Assembly (NCBI GenBank): GCA_038087875.1
Contig: CM075994.1
Span: 11,782,001 to 11,846,000, forward strand
DNA length: 64,000 nucleotides
From: Malacoraja senta
Taxonomy: Eukaryota
Reading direction: 5' to 3'
Positions 12,684-24,471 of this stretch are shown here, in pieces; the stretch's first letter is position 1; each line of letters opens with the position of its first letter. The position numbers were made by a program, and so were the translations under genes. Below the pieces are notes generated by a model. The model was not told the DNA's origin. It did no database searches and saw nothing but the letters and a program-made list of their open reading frames with translations.

Positions 12684-12792
12684 TGACGCGCAGGCGCACT
12701 GGCGGGGTTCTTCACGTAATCACCTACGTAACTCCTCATAAAATAAAGATCAAACTTCAAACTTAGGTATGTTCTCGTTTAATCTTACTATT
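12684..12792 (+). repeat. DIRS right inverted repeat plus 3' extension
   Basis: Reverse complement of the left ITR, followed by the segment complementary to the ICR. Confidence 0.93.
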
Positions 12793-14900
12793 ATTCGTCA
12801 TTTACTTCTAAATCTAGAGGTATGGCTATTCTTATTCGAAAAGGTATACCTTTTAAATTAAAGAATACTATATCAGATAAAGAGGGAAGGTACATCATAG
12901 TTTCGGGAGATATTTATGCTACCCCAATAACTATGATAAATATTTACGCTCCGAATTTTGATAACCCTCAATTTTTTGATAAAATTATAGATATAATATT
13001 AGAGTTTAATTATCAAAATGTGATAATCGGGGGGGATTTCAACTGTGTTTTAGATCCATACTTAGACAAATCAGTAAAACAAAGAAGGAGTAATTTAAAA
13101 TCTAAGACTAGTGAACTTCTAAATACATATATAAAAAATACTAATATAACAGATGTATGGAGATCTGCTAATCCAGTAGGAAGAGAATATTCGTTTTACT
13201 CTTCGGTACATAAAACATATTCAAGAATCGATTATTTTTTAGTGGATATGAAATTAATGCCATATACAATTAATCCAACATACCACATTAGTAGTATTTC
13301 TGATCACTCTCCGTTGACTTTTTCAGTAAAATTTGAGGGAATGCCGGGTAAAAACTTTTTTTTGAGGTTTAATACATATATCTTAAATGACTTACAAGGT
13401 TATCAATACTTAAAACAACAAATGAAATTATTTTTTGAGATAAATGATACACCAGGTACCTCACCTTCTTTACCATGGGAAACTTTTAAAGCATTTATTA
13501 GAGGAATTATAATTTCATACGAAATTTTTCAAAATAAAAAGAATAAAACAGAACAAATGTTGTTAGAACAAGAAATAAGACAGTTAGAGTTAGATAATGC
13601 TAAAGATTCCACTATAGATAAACATAAGATAATATTACTGAAATTTAAACTTAATCGAATTCTCTCGGCAAGAGTAATAAGATTATTACAAATTACAAAA
13701 CAGGAACATTTTGAGTTTGGTGACGAACCACATGAGCTGTAAGCGCGCCAACTGAAAAAACAAGAAAAAGAAAATACTATAAACAAAATTAAATGAGAGA
13801 ATGGTGAATTACTAATACTACCTAAAGATATTAATAAAAGATTTGCTCAATTTTATCAAAATTTATTGGGAATAAACTGAATCCATCTCAAAAATTATTT
13901 TTTAATTATGGTTTAATAACAGCAAAAAAATTAATACTTACATTTTGGAAAAATACACCAATACCAACGCTCAAAATGTGGATTGCAAGTATGTTGGACA
14001 CCGCACATCTTGAGGAAATGCGATTCCTCCTAATAGATAAATTTGACCAATTCACAACGAGTTGGTCTCCATTTGGTGTCTTTTTGGAATCATATGATGC
14101 AACACAATTGTAAAAGCTAACTCGTGACTGGGCGAGGGATGGTCAAGATTATAGATAAGATCTCCTTACTTCTTTTTTCTTTTTCTTCCTTTTTCTTCTT
14201 TTATTCTTTCTATTCTTTGACTTTCTTCTTTCACTTTCTATTTTTCTTTTCCACACACTATATATCTCACATTTTTCTATACTTCATTATCTAACTTCTT
14301 TTTCTTTTTCTTCTTTATTATTAAAAAAAAAAGAGCTGTACATAAAATGTATTATGAAAATATGATTGTATACAATTGTACTTACTTCTAATAAAATAAA
14401 CATATTTTTTTAAAAATCTCTAAAATATTAGAAAAAACTGTTGCTGCACAGGTTCATAATCATCTCATCAGCAATAACCTCTATGAACAATTTCAATCTG
14501 GTTTTCGCCCTCTCCATAGCACAGAAACAGCATTAGTCATGGTCACCAACGACCTGCTGATGGCTGCCGACTCCGGTTTTCTCACCATACTCATCCTCCT
14601 TGATTTGACTGCTGCCTTCGACACCATCTCTCACAACATCCTCCTTGACCGTCTAGCCTCCATTGGTATCATCAACACATCACTCACATGGTTCACATCA
14701 GACATCTCCGGCCGCGCTCAGTTTGTACAACTTAAAAATGTCCAATCACAACCCTCCCCAGTCACCAGTGGTGTTCCCCAGGGCTCAGTCCTAGGGCCCC
14801 TCCTTTTTATAATTTATTTACTTCCCCTTGGTTTTATTTTCAGGAAATACAACATTCAATTTCACTGCTAGGCAGATCACACACAGCTCTACCTGTCCAC

Positions 14901-15088
14901 TGTAGATCAGTGCATGTTCATTTAACATAGTGACCTCACCACTACTAACCACTCCCCATTGTCTCGTATAATTGTAAGGTCCCCACCTCCAGCTCCAGTG
15001 ATGACCACGGACAGCTATTGCATAGTGTGTGTTAGTGATTATAATAAACCTTCAGTAAAAGACTGTGTAGGAATCAAGTCATTTTACA
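14901..15088 (+). repeat. Gypsy A 5' LTR
   Basis: tgtagatcag...ttttaca, direct repeat of 19397-19600. Confidence 0.95.
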
Positions 15089-15185
15089 TGGTGTCACAGC
15101 GGTAGACTCGCGTCTCCTGTTTATCGGTTTTCTTTTTTATTCTTTGCTTTCTCCCAGTTGTTCACGTCTCCCCCCCGTTTTCATT

Positions 15186-18100
15186 ATGTCCAACTCCTGT
15201 CGTCGACCCGACACTTTGGTCTTTGACACGGACATTGTCCACCGCTGGACTGTGTTCCAGCGCGACTTTGAACATTACACAGCCATCGCTCATCCTGATG
15301 CCACCCCTGCTGTGCAGGCTCACCTGCTGCTCAACCTCGCTGGCCATGGATCACTATGCTTCATTCGACTTCGCCCCCGGAGAAGACCGTCGGGACCCGG
15401 TATGTCTCATGGCTAAATTCACTGCCCTCTGTGATATCCCTACCAATAACATTATTGAGCGCTTTAAATTCTTCCAGAGGCGGCAGATTCCCGGCGAGCA
15501 TTATTGACGCTTTCGTTGCCTCTTTGCATCATATGGCTCAGCGCTGTCGCCTTGAAACAATCTCCACGGACGAATTGATCAGGGATGTCCTGGTCAATGG
15601 TCTCCTGAACGCTAAGCTGCGTGACGAGCTCCTCATGAAACCTGATTTGACACTAAGGGAGGCCATGCATTCCGCTCGTATGGCCTCTGCTGTTAGCTCC
15701 GTGTCTCAACCGGTGTCCCAGGACATTAACTTTACCGGTGCAGCTGGCCGACGGCGGAACGCTGGTCCGCCACGACGAAACCCCGCTGCAATGCCCGCTA
15801 AGGTCACCCCACGCCATTGCCCCAATTGTAATTTTTCTTTCCACTAGTTCAACGTTTGCCCCGCGCAGGGTAAGACTTGTAATTCCTGTGGCAAACTGAA
15901 CCACTTTTTGGCTTGTCGGTCCCGTGATAAGCCGGTCCCTGCTCCAAGGAGGAATTTAAACAACCTTGCAGACCCCGATAGCGCGCTTGGTTATCAGTAC
16001 CAGTCGGATGAACTCCCAGACTCTGATAGGAGCTCCTCCCATGGTGATTCAACGGTGTTTTTGCTTTTGGGTGCACTTGCTACAATAACAGATCCCTCTG
16101 TGCATGTTACTGTGAATGGCCATTCATTCTCTGCCAAGGTCGATACTGGTGCCTTTGCAAATGTTATGTCTGTCAGCCTCTTCAAGCTTATAAGATCTGG
16201 TGAGAGAGTTACTCCTGGCGACACCCGCCTTCATGCCTATGGGGGAGGTGTTCTAGTTCCAGTGGGGAAGGCCACGCTTATCTGCACAGTCGTTGAGACC
16301 TCTCGGCCCCTCACCTTCCACCTGCTGGATTCTGACAACGTCACCCTGTTGGGCGCCCGTGCGTGCCAGGACCGTGGCTTGGTTTCTTTCCACCGGGGAA
16401 TTCACCTGGTGCAGGCCCCCATGGACCCCCTGGGCGAATACCCCGACCGTTTTGATGACATTTTGGGCAAATTGCCCTGTGACTATAAAATTGTTGTCGA
16501 CCCGAGTGTCGACCCGGTGGTTCGACCGGCCCACCGCGTCTCATTTGCTATGAAGGGCCGCGTGGAATCTCCTCTGCGTGATATGGTGACCATGGGCATC
16601 CTCAAGGAGGTGAGCGTTCCCACCAGGTGGGTCTCAAACATGGTCGTCGCTGCCAAGAAGGACAAGAGCAAGATCCGGATCTGCATTAACCCAAAGGACC
16701 TGAACCTGGCCATCAAGCGCCCGCACTACCCCATGCGGACGGTGGAGGACGTCGCTGCACAGGTCGGTCCTGCCACTGTCTTCTCTGTCTTAGACGCCAA
16801 AAGCTCATTTTGGCAGATCCCTCTAGATGAACGTTCCTCATTCCTGACCACCTTCATCACACCTTTCCGCAGGTTCCGTTTCCTCCGCATGCCGTTTGGG
16901 ATCAACTCGGCTAGTGAGGTTTTCCAGCGCACCATGGAACAGCTGTTCGCTGGGTTGCCGTGCGCTATCATCGTGGATGACATCCTGGTGTACGGGAGGG
17001 ACGTCGCTGAGCACAACCTGCACCTCCAGAAAGTCCTGGACAGGGCTCGTAAAATCAATCTCAAGCTCAACCCCAAGAAGTTTCGGTTCCGGGTCACGGA
17101 AGTCACTTACGTTGGTCACGTTTTCGCGGCGGGGGGTTTAAAGCCTGACCCCCAGAAAACATCAGCAGTCATCGAGATGCCCGCTCCTACTGACGTTCCC
17201 GGCCTGCAGCGCTTCCTGGGCATGGTCAATTACCTGGGGAAGTTCATACCTGACCTCAGCGAACTGAGTGCTCCCCTGAGGGAGCTGATCAAGAAGGACT
17301 CCGCATGGGTCTGGCTCCCGCATCACCAGTCGGCGTTCGTGGCTCTGAAGTCCAAGCTCACACACACACCGACTCTCAAGTTCTTCGATCTGCACAGACC
17401 AATTGTCCTCACTTGTGATGCCTCTAAGTTCGGTCTCGGTGCCGCATGTCTGCAGCTTTATGACGGCCTGCAGCTACCTGTCTCCTACGCTTCTCGCACC
17501 ATGACCCCTGCCGAGCAACGTTATGCCCAGATCGAGAAGGAGCTACTTGCCGTGGTGTTCGCCTGCTCCAAGTTTAAGGACTACATTCTGGGCAACACCT
17601 TCACCATTGAGACTGACCACCAGCTGCTGGTCACTATTCTGAACAAGCCTATCCATGTCGCCACTTCCCGGTTGCAGCGGATGATGCTGCAGCTCCAGCG
17701 TTTCACGTTCCGGATTGTGTACCGCAAGGGCAAAGATATGTTTGTGGCCGACACATTGTCCCATGCGCCGCTCCCTTCAGTTGCCCGCCACCCGTACGAA
17801 TCGTCTGACCTGATGGTACTGAACGTTAACATTGTTTCTTCCCAGCAGATGCAGTCCCTGGTCAAACACACTGCTGATGATCCTGCCCTGCAACAACTTG
17901 CGGACGTTATCTGCCGTGGTTGGCCTGACCGACGCTCTTCCCTGCCGGCTGGTGCCGTGCCCTACTTCCTGGTTCGTGATGAACTGGTGCTACACCATGG
18001 CGTGGTGGTGAAGGGTCACAAGGTCGTGGTGCCGGCCGCTCTGCGGGATCACTATTTTCAATCTGCACACAACGACCACCCCAGGGTGGAGGCCAGTTTG

Positions 18101-19293
18101 TCCCAGGCCCAGAGCCAATCCTACTGGCCAGGTATGGCTCAGGACATCCGTGACAGGGTCTCCGTTTGCGCTGCCTGTAACAGTCTCCTGCCTCATCAGT
18201 AGCGCCAGCCCCTCCTGCAGCAGCCGGCCCCCGAGCTACCGTGGATGTCTGTTGCCACGGACCTTTTCGAATGGCGTGGCAAGCACTTCCTGGTTCTGGT
18301 GGACTCATACTCCAGTTGGTTTGAGGTGGATCAGCTGCCTTCCATCACCTCTGCCGCCGTCATCGGGAAGCTTCGCCGCCACTTTTGCACCTTCGGATCC
18401 CCGGTGACCCTCCAATCGGACAACGGCAGCCAGTTCTCCAGCGCCGAGTTCCGTGCCTTCGCTGCCCGTTGGAACTTTCGTCACATCACCAGCAGCCCTG
18501 AGTATCCGCAGAACAACGGCCTTGCGGAACGCGCCGTCCGCAGTGCCAAGGAGCTGCTGGAACACTGCCGCCTTTCACATTCTGACTTCTACCTTGCCCT
18601 CCTCAGCCTCCGCAACATTTCCCGCGACCCCGCGCTCGGTTCACCTGCCCATTCATGTCCCGCACAACTAGACCACCTCTCCCTGTCTCGCAACAGTCCC
18701 TCAAACCCTCGGTCCAGAACCCTGCCGCTGTCATAGAGTGCATCATCGAGAAGAAAGCCATCCAGAAGCGCTCCTTTGACAAGTCGGCCCGGCCGCTTCC
18801 TTGCCTGTTCCTGGGCCAGGTGGTTCGGATGCAGTCCCCCTCCGGGCACTACAGGCTGGCCATAGTGGTTGGTAATGCCGGCTCTCCCCGGTCATACCTC
18901 GTCGACTATGAGGGCGCTATCTACCGTCGGTCACGCCAGCACCTCCTGCTCGTCAACGAGCCTCCTCCGCCTCCCGCGGACCCGTTTCAGCCACCTATCC
19001 CTTCCATTCTGCCCGAGGCTCTGCCAGCCCCTGTCACTCCTCGCATGTCGCGGAAACTGCCCTCCCAGCTCTCTATGCCCCGCGCTCACAAGCCTCTTTC
19101 CCCTGCCTCGCCTGCCAGCGTGCCCGTTTCGCCTCGCTGTTCTCCTCCGTCTCTGGTTCGTTCCCCGCCCGGCTCTCCCACCTCTGTCCCTGACTCTGTC
19201 CCTTCTGCTCCTGCGGTTGAGGGGGAATGCGGGTTGCGCACCCGCTCTGGCCGGTTGGTCAAGCCGCCTGTCCGTTACGGGGAGCTCGCTTAG
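15186..19293 (+). pseudogene. Gypsy A gag-pol with frameshifts and stops
   Basis: CCHC-like gag end; VDTGA protease; LDAKSSFWQI, IVDD RT; CDAS, YAQIEKE RNase H; VDSYS, SDNGSQF, AERAV integrase; Pro-rich tail ending LRTRSGRLVKPPVRY. Confidence 0.92.
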
Positions 19294-19396
19294 CTGTGTT
19301 ATGACACGATTAACTGTTCCGGCGCGGTTTGTAATCCTAGCGTATGAGCCGTGGTCGCTCTGTGTATTGCCATGCTTTTGTTTCCTAGAGGAGGGA

Positions 19397-19600
19397 TGTA
19401 GATCAGCGCATGTTCCTTTAACATAGTGACCTCACCACTACTAACCACTCCCCATTGTCTCTCGTATAATTGTAAGGTCCCCACCTCCAGCCCGCTCTCT
19501 AGCTCCAGTGATGACCACGGACAGCTATTGCATAATGTGTGTTAGTGATTATAATAAACCATCAGTAAAAGACTCTGTGTAGGAATCAAGTCCTTTTACA
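19397..19600 (+). repeat. Gypsy A 3' LTR
   Basis: Direct repeat of the 5' LTR with a small indel. Confidence 0.95.
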
Positions 19601-20649
19601 TCCACCAAACCTACTTCCATGCTTCCTCCCTCTTCCCTGTCTGACTGCTTAGTGGAAATTAAAACCTGGTTTACTCACAACTTCCTCAAACTCAACAGTG
19701 ACAAAACTGAAATTCACCTTGTTGGCTCCAAATCCACCCAATCGAAATGTCCCAATTTCTCACTCACCATTGACAATTCCATAGTCCCTCCTTCCCCTCA
19801 GGTCAAGTCTGGGTGTCATCCTTGATAGCATGCTTTCTTTTGAAAAACACATCAATGATCTCACTCGGTCTGGTTACTTTCACCTACGCATTATCCACCG
19901 TCTTCGTCCATCACTCACACCTAACAGCACTGCTACTCTCATCCACGCCCTCGTCACCTCCCGTATTGATTATTGTATCTCTCTCCTCTCTGGTTTACCC
20001 ACAAGTACATCCATAAACTCCAATTGGTCCAGACCTCAGCTGCCCGCATTATCACCAGAACCCTATCCACTGAACACATCTCTCCCATCCACAAACAACT
20101 GCACTGGCTCCCTGTCCAATACTGCATTGATTTTAAGATTCTCCTCCTCACTTTCAAAGCCCTCCACAATCTCGCTCCTCCATACCTCTCTGAACTCCTC
20201 CAGCCTTCCACTCCATCCCGAACTCTCTGATCCTCTTCTTCCTTCCTGCTCTCCACTCTATCTGTCCGCCTGTCCATGATAGGGTTCAGAGCCTTCAGCC
20301 GTTCTGCCCCTCACCTCTGGAACTCTCTCCCACTATCCATCCGTACTCATCGTCTCTCCCCACCTTTAAAATCTCCCTCAAAAACTCACCTACTCAGACT
20401 GGCCTATCCCACGTAACCACTTTCTATCAAATACATGGATATGTTGTTTTTGTTTAATTTTATTTATATATTTGTAATTTGCTTGTTTTAACTGTAAGGT
20501 GTCCTTGAGTGTTCTGAAAGGCGCCCATAAATAAAATTATTAACTATGCCCTGTTCACAAAAGGTAGTTAAAAAGGCCAATCCACCTAATTAACATGCAA
20601 TCAGTCCAATTTTAATCATCAGAAATGGAAGCTATCATCAAGTGCTCTC

Positions 20650-20800
20650 AAGCAGCACTTAAAAGCGGTCAATCATCCAAAACATCACTCCAATGCCTCT
20701 CCTCCTCAGCCGACTAAGGAAACTCGACATCGATAACAACTCGTACCAACCTCTGCAGATCCATCGTAGAAAGCATACCATCAGGTCTCATTGCACCTAC
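20650..20800 (+). mobile_element. Degenerate Rex1/Babar RT C-terminal fragment
   Basis: Degraded QCL.LLSRLRKL...TNLCRSIVESI, similar to Rex1 RLYFLRRL...FYR..IESIL. Confidence 0.45.
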
Positions 20801-20810
20801 TGTATACATT

Positions 20811-22511
20811 TAGGCTGTGGGCCGAGGAGTTTTTTCGTTCAAGTTCATGACCCAACTCACGGAACTACCTGAATTTTTAACATATTGTGTAAAAATATTA
20901 TATAAATCAAACCTGAAACTCGCCAAGACCAAAACCTGCACATTTTTTTAAAATATGAGAAAAACCTCAAATTTTCCGAGTAGTAATTGTCCACTCAATG
21001 CACGTTTGACATTGAGGTCGGACGCAAATTGACCAATCCCGCGCTTTGTTTTATGGTCGCTAGGCAGCAAAGACTCTGGGATCATGGCTGCCTCTTAATT
21101 ACATCAAAACAATAGCAAGGTTTCCAAGGAATAAAGGTAATGCTAACCTTACTGATTTTGTTTTTCAATTGATTTATCTTTATAAAGTTATGATGTGAAC
21201 TGTTAAATAAAAATTATAAATAACAAATGTAGAGCTAAGGTTAGGATCAGGGTTAGGGTCAGTCAGTCAGTCGGATAGTCAGTCGGTTATTCAGTCGTCA
21301 GTCGGTTATTCAGTCGGTCAGTCGGCTATTCAGTCGGTCACTGTCGGTCGGGCTTGTCGGTAGGCTGATGGATGCTGTGGAGGATTGGTCAGGCCATCGG
21401 GCCGTCAGTGGGTGGCGAGAGTTGGGCCGTGCCTCCGATGGGTGGTGAGAGTGGTCGGTCGGGCCGGGCCTCCGGTGGCTGATGAGCGTGGTCGGTCGGG
21501 CTGGGCCTCCAGTGAGTGGTGGGAGTGGTCAGTCGGGCCGGGCATCCGGTCGGTGGTGAGAGCGGTCGGTCGGGCCGGGCCGCCTGTGGGTGGTGAGAAT
21601 GGTCGGTCGGGCCGGGCCTCCGGTGGTTGGTGAGATCGGTCGGTCGGGTTGGGTCGCAGGTGGGTGGTGAGAGTGGTCGGACAGCCGGTGGGTGCTGCGA
21701 GTAGTCGGTTGGGCTGCCGGTAGGCCGGTGTTGCAGCGAGCGAGCGGGCGGACTGGCGGAGCCGGCGCTATGGGTGGTGCTGAAGGCGGCCCGGGCAGCG
21801 TGCAGGGCAGTGTTGCTCACCACCATCATCACCACGATGATCGAAAAGGGCATGCTGGCCGAGGTGGACGCGCTGCGGGGCCACATGTACGGAGCCCGCA
21901 GCCGGTCCAAAGGAGCTCCAGCTCCAGCCGTGTGCAGCTCTGGAAGGGGAGCGAGTTAGGGTTAGGGTTGGGCAATTTCCTGTCAGTGGAAGATGCCTTT
22001 GCCTTCCCCCAGACTGGCACTGTCCCTGTCCCTGTCCCACTATGGCCGTGACCCCCACTCTGCACACTGGCAGTCAGTGGGGTTCAGTAAACGGGGCAAC
22101 CCACAGGAACTGCCCTCACCCATTAATTAGGCTGGTTCAGGAGCCGCACCTCTGCGGCAGTCTCATTCAAAATACACTCACAATTATATTCATTATATTA
22201 TTTTTATATAATATAATTATACATAATTATATAATTACAGTCATATTCACAAGTCATATATATACATATACAGCACGGAATTAGGCTCCCCATGGTGTAA
22301 TATGGGCATTGGACACTAGATGGCGCTTACTTTTTCGATCTCATTTTCTAATTAGTCTAATTAATTAATGTGGAACATTTGGCACTGACGAGTTATGACT
22401 TCTTTCTCAATTATATTTTATCTAAATCTGTGCAAACTTTCATGTAGTTCCGAGACATGGGTCACGAAAATTAAATTCTAGACACATTTTTGATGCTCGG
22501 CCCACAGCCTA
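20811..22511. mobile_element. Non-autonomous TIR DNA transposon (1.7 kb), superfamily uncertain
   Basis: 16-bp perfect TIR taggctgtgggccgag / ctcggcccacagccta; ATT on both flanks (20808-20810, 22512-22514); no transposase. Confidence 0.85.
21235..21765. repeat. G-rich degenerate tandem repeats (cagtcggt / ggtcggtcgggccggg) inside the TIR element
   Basis: Visible reiteration of short units and of ~55-bp units (ggtggtgagagtggtcggtcgggccggg). Confidence 0.8.
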
Positions 22512-22685
22512 ATTCTGGTCTCTATCTCTCAAAGTGCACTTTAGATATCAACATGTACACTATATAGCAAAGCTGCCTCTTTTTCCTCTTGCCGTTTATT
22601 TTAACATTTTATATTATAACGTTTTTTTTAATTGTCTGCTGTACATTATGTTTTTACCTTGTGTGAACAAAGCACCATTCAAATT

Positions 22686-22988
22686 CCCAGGAGCCGTTGG
22701 AGCGGTCGCAGAGGGAGGAGGAACGTCCGAGCGTTGGCTTAAAACCCGAGCGCGGGGCTTCTTTTTTACAGAGGCCCAGGAGCCGTTGGAGCGGTCGCAG
22801 AGGGAGGAGCAACGTCCGAGCGTTGGCTTAAAACCCGAGCGCGGGGCTTGTTTTTTACAGAGGCCCAGGAGCCGTTTGAGCGGTCGCAGGGGGTGGAGCA
22901 ACGTCCGAGCGGTAGGCTTAAAACCCGAGTGCGGGGCTTGTTTTTTAGAGGCCCAGGAGCCGTTGGAGCGATCGCAGAGGGAGGAGTA
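22686..22988 (+). repeat. ~3.4 copies of an 89-bp CpG-rich monomer at the CR1 5' end
   Basis: cccaggagccg starts at 22686, 22775, 22864 and 22952. Confidence 0.92.
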
Positions 22989-23172
22989 CCCAAATCTGTA
23001 ACGTTCCAACGTTCCATTCGCATTTCAAAACAAGTGGGCTTGAGGAAGCCGCAGATTGGTGGAAGGGGACAAGAGGGAGCAGCTGATTGGGAGTCAGATC
23101 CCTGCTGATTTCTTCCAGCAGTTTGTATTGCATTCTATTGTACTTTGTATTGTATCCAGGGTAAGGGGAAGT

Positions 23173-24078
23173 ATGAGTGCCAGGGCAGTTTACTGTTCTG
23201 GATGTCAGATGTGGGAAGTCATGGAGTCTGATAGCATTCCAGACATCCACATCTGCGCCAGGTGCATTGAGATGGGGCTCCTAAGGGACTAAGGTATTAG
23301 GAACCTGGAGCAGCAGCTCGATGACCTCCGTCTGGTCAGGGAGAGCGAGGAAGTCATAGAGAGGAGGTACAGAGAGGTGGTCACTCCAAGACCACAGGAG
23401 GAAGGCAAGTGGGTCACGGTTAGGATGGGCAAGGGGCAGAGGCAGGGACTAGAGAGTACCCCGGTGGCTGTACACCTTGACAATAAGTACTCCTGTTTGA
23501 GTACTGTTCGGGGGGACAGCCTACCTAGGGGTAGCAACAGCGGGCGGGCCTCCGGTACAGAGACGGGCCCTGTTGCTCACAAGGGTAAGGAAAAGAAGAG
23601 GAGGGCAGTAGTAATAGGGGACTATAGTTAGGGGGTCAGACAGGCGATTCTGTGGACGCACTCAGGAGACCCGGATGGTAGTTTGCCTCCCTGGTGCCAG
23701 GGTCTGGGATGTGTCTGAACGTGTCCAAGAAAACCTGAAATGGGAGGGAGCGGAGCCCGAGGTCGTGGTACATATAGGTACCAATGACATAGGTAGAAAA
23801 AGAGAAAAGGTCCTGAAAGGAGAATTTAGGGAGTTAGGAGGAGAGTTAAGTTACTGTCTGTGCCACGCGACAGTGAGAGTAGGAATGGAGCGAGGTGGAG
23901 GATAAATGCGTGGCTGAAGGACTGGTGCAGAGGGCAGGGATTCAAGTTTCTGGATCATTATGACCTCTTTTGTGTTTGGTGTGACCTGTACAAAAAGGAC
24001 GGGTTGCACTTGAACCCGAGGGGGACCAATATCCTGGCAGGGAGATTTGCAAAGGCTACTGCGGAGACTTTAAACTAG
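23173..24078 (+). pseudogene. CR1 ORF1 (zinc finger, coiled coil, SGNH esterase-like), frameshifted
   Basis: MSARAVYCSGC...HICARC; VVIGD(S); CLPGA; VVHIGTND; DGLHLN. Confidence 0.88.
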
Positions 24079-24471
24079 AACAGTTGGGGGGGGGCCTCAA
24101 ATAGAGAAAGCTAGTAGACAGTGTGTGAGGCAGGAGGCAGAGAAGGGAAGCACTCAGACCCAAAATGTAGGGGGGGAAGAAAAAAAAAAGAATCAACAGA
24201 GAATAAGAGGTGGTGGGTTTCTTAAATGTGTGAGCAGAGAGACAGAGGGGTGTAAAATTAGGGTAGAAGCAATAGGTAGCAAGGTGAAAAGTAAAAGTGG
24301 CAAGCAGACAAATCCAGGTCAAAAAACAAAAAGGGCCACTTTTCAACATAATTGTATAAGGGGTAAGAGCGTTGTAAAAACAAGCCTGAAGGCTTTGTGT
24401 CTCAATGCAAGGAGCATTCATAATAAGGTGGATGAGTTGAATGTGCAGATAGCTATTAATGATTATGATAT

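Larger units (their letters stand above)
565..12792 (+). mobile_element. DIRS1-type tyrosine-recombinase retrotransposon, structurally complete, carrying two LINE insertions
   Basis: Inverted terminal repeats, an internal complementary region, gag-like ORF, RT-RNaseH-methyltransferase ORF and tyrosine recombinase ORF. TATT core is present at both junctions (565-568, 12789-12792). Confidence 0.95.
367..14112 (+). pseudogene. L1 ORF2 remnant (segments 367-568, 12793-~13865, ~13870-14112)
   Basis: L1-type endonuclease motifs in ORFs 367..591 and 12822..13742; premature stops; no RT domain between endonuclease/linker and C-terminus. Confidence 0.85.
1..14410 (+). mobile_element. L1 (LINE-1) copy A: end of inter-ORF spacer, ORF2 and 3' UTR; split by the DIRS insertion; RT region deleted
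   Basis: ORF2 starts at 367 (MQD...FFSWNIRG...IIYLQETH, APE endonuclease). It resumes in frame at 12793 (YSSFTSKSRGMAILIRK...GGDFN...YSRIDYF...SDH). At ~13865 it jumps to the L1 ORF2 C-terminus (LITAKKLILTFWK...WSPF), then a pyrimidine-rich 3' UTR and AATAAA near 14390. Confidence 0.9.
14901..19600 (+). mobile_element. Gypsy LTR retrotransposon A (Mag-like), complete, decayed
   Basis: TG..CA LTRs, 5-bp TSD tccac (14896-14900, 19601-19605), PBS tggtgtca at 15089, PPT agaggaggga before 19397, domain order gag-PR-RT-RH-IN. Confidence 0.95.
14412..20545 (+). mobile_element. 5'-truncated L2 LINE, split by Gypsy A
   Basis: SKILEK..QSGFR..STETAL..LLDLTAAFDT, GVPQGSVLGP; resumes at 19606 ([15 protein letters not shown]); L2-type tail gtaaggtgtccttgagtg..gaaaggcgcccataaataaaattatt. 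Confidence 0.88.

Noticed and set aside
21950..21975. Interstitial telomere
   Set aside because: Only two to three TTAGGG-like units, inside a TIR element.
21385..22067. Overlapping ORFs with His-, Pro- and Gly-rich translations
   Set aside because: By-products of GC-rich low-complexity repeats; only 21774-21905 looks coding-like.
22686..22988. Regularly spaced repeats as a CRISPR array
   Set aside because: Head-to-tail 89-bp monomers with no unique spacers, eukaryotic context, no cas genes.
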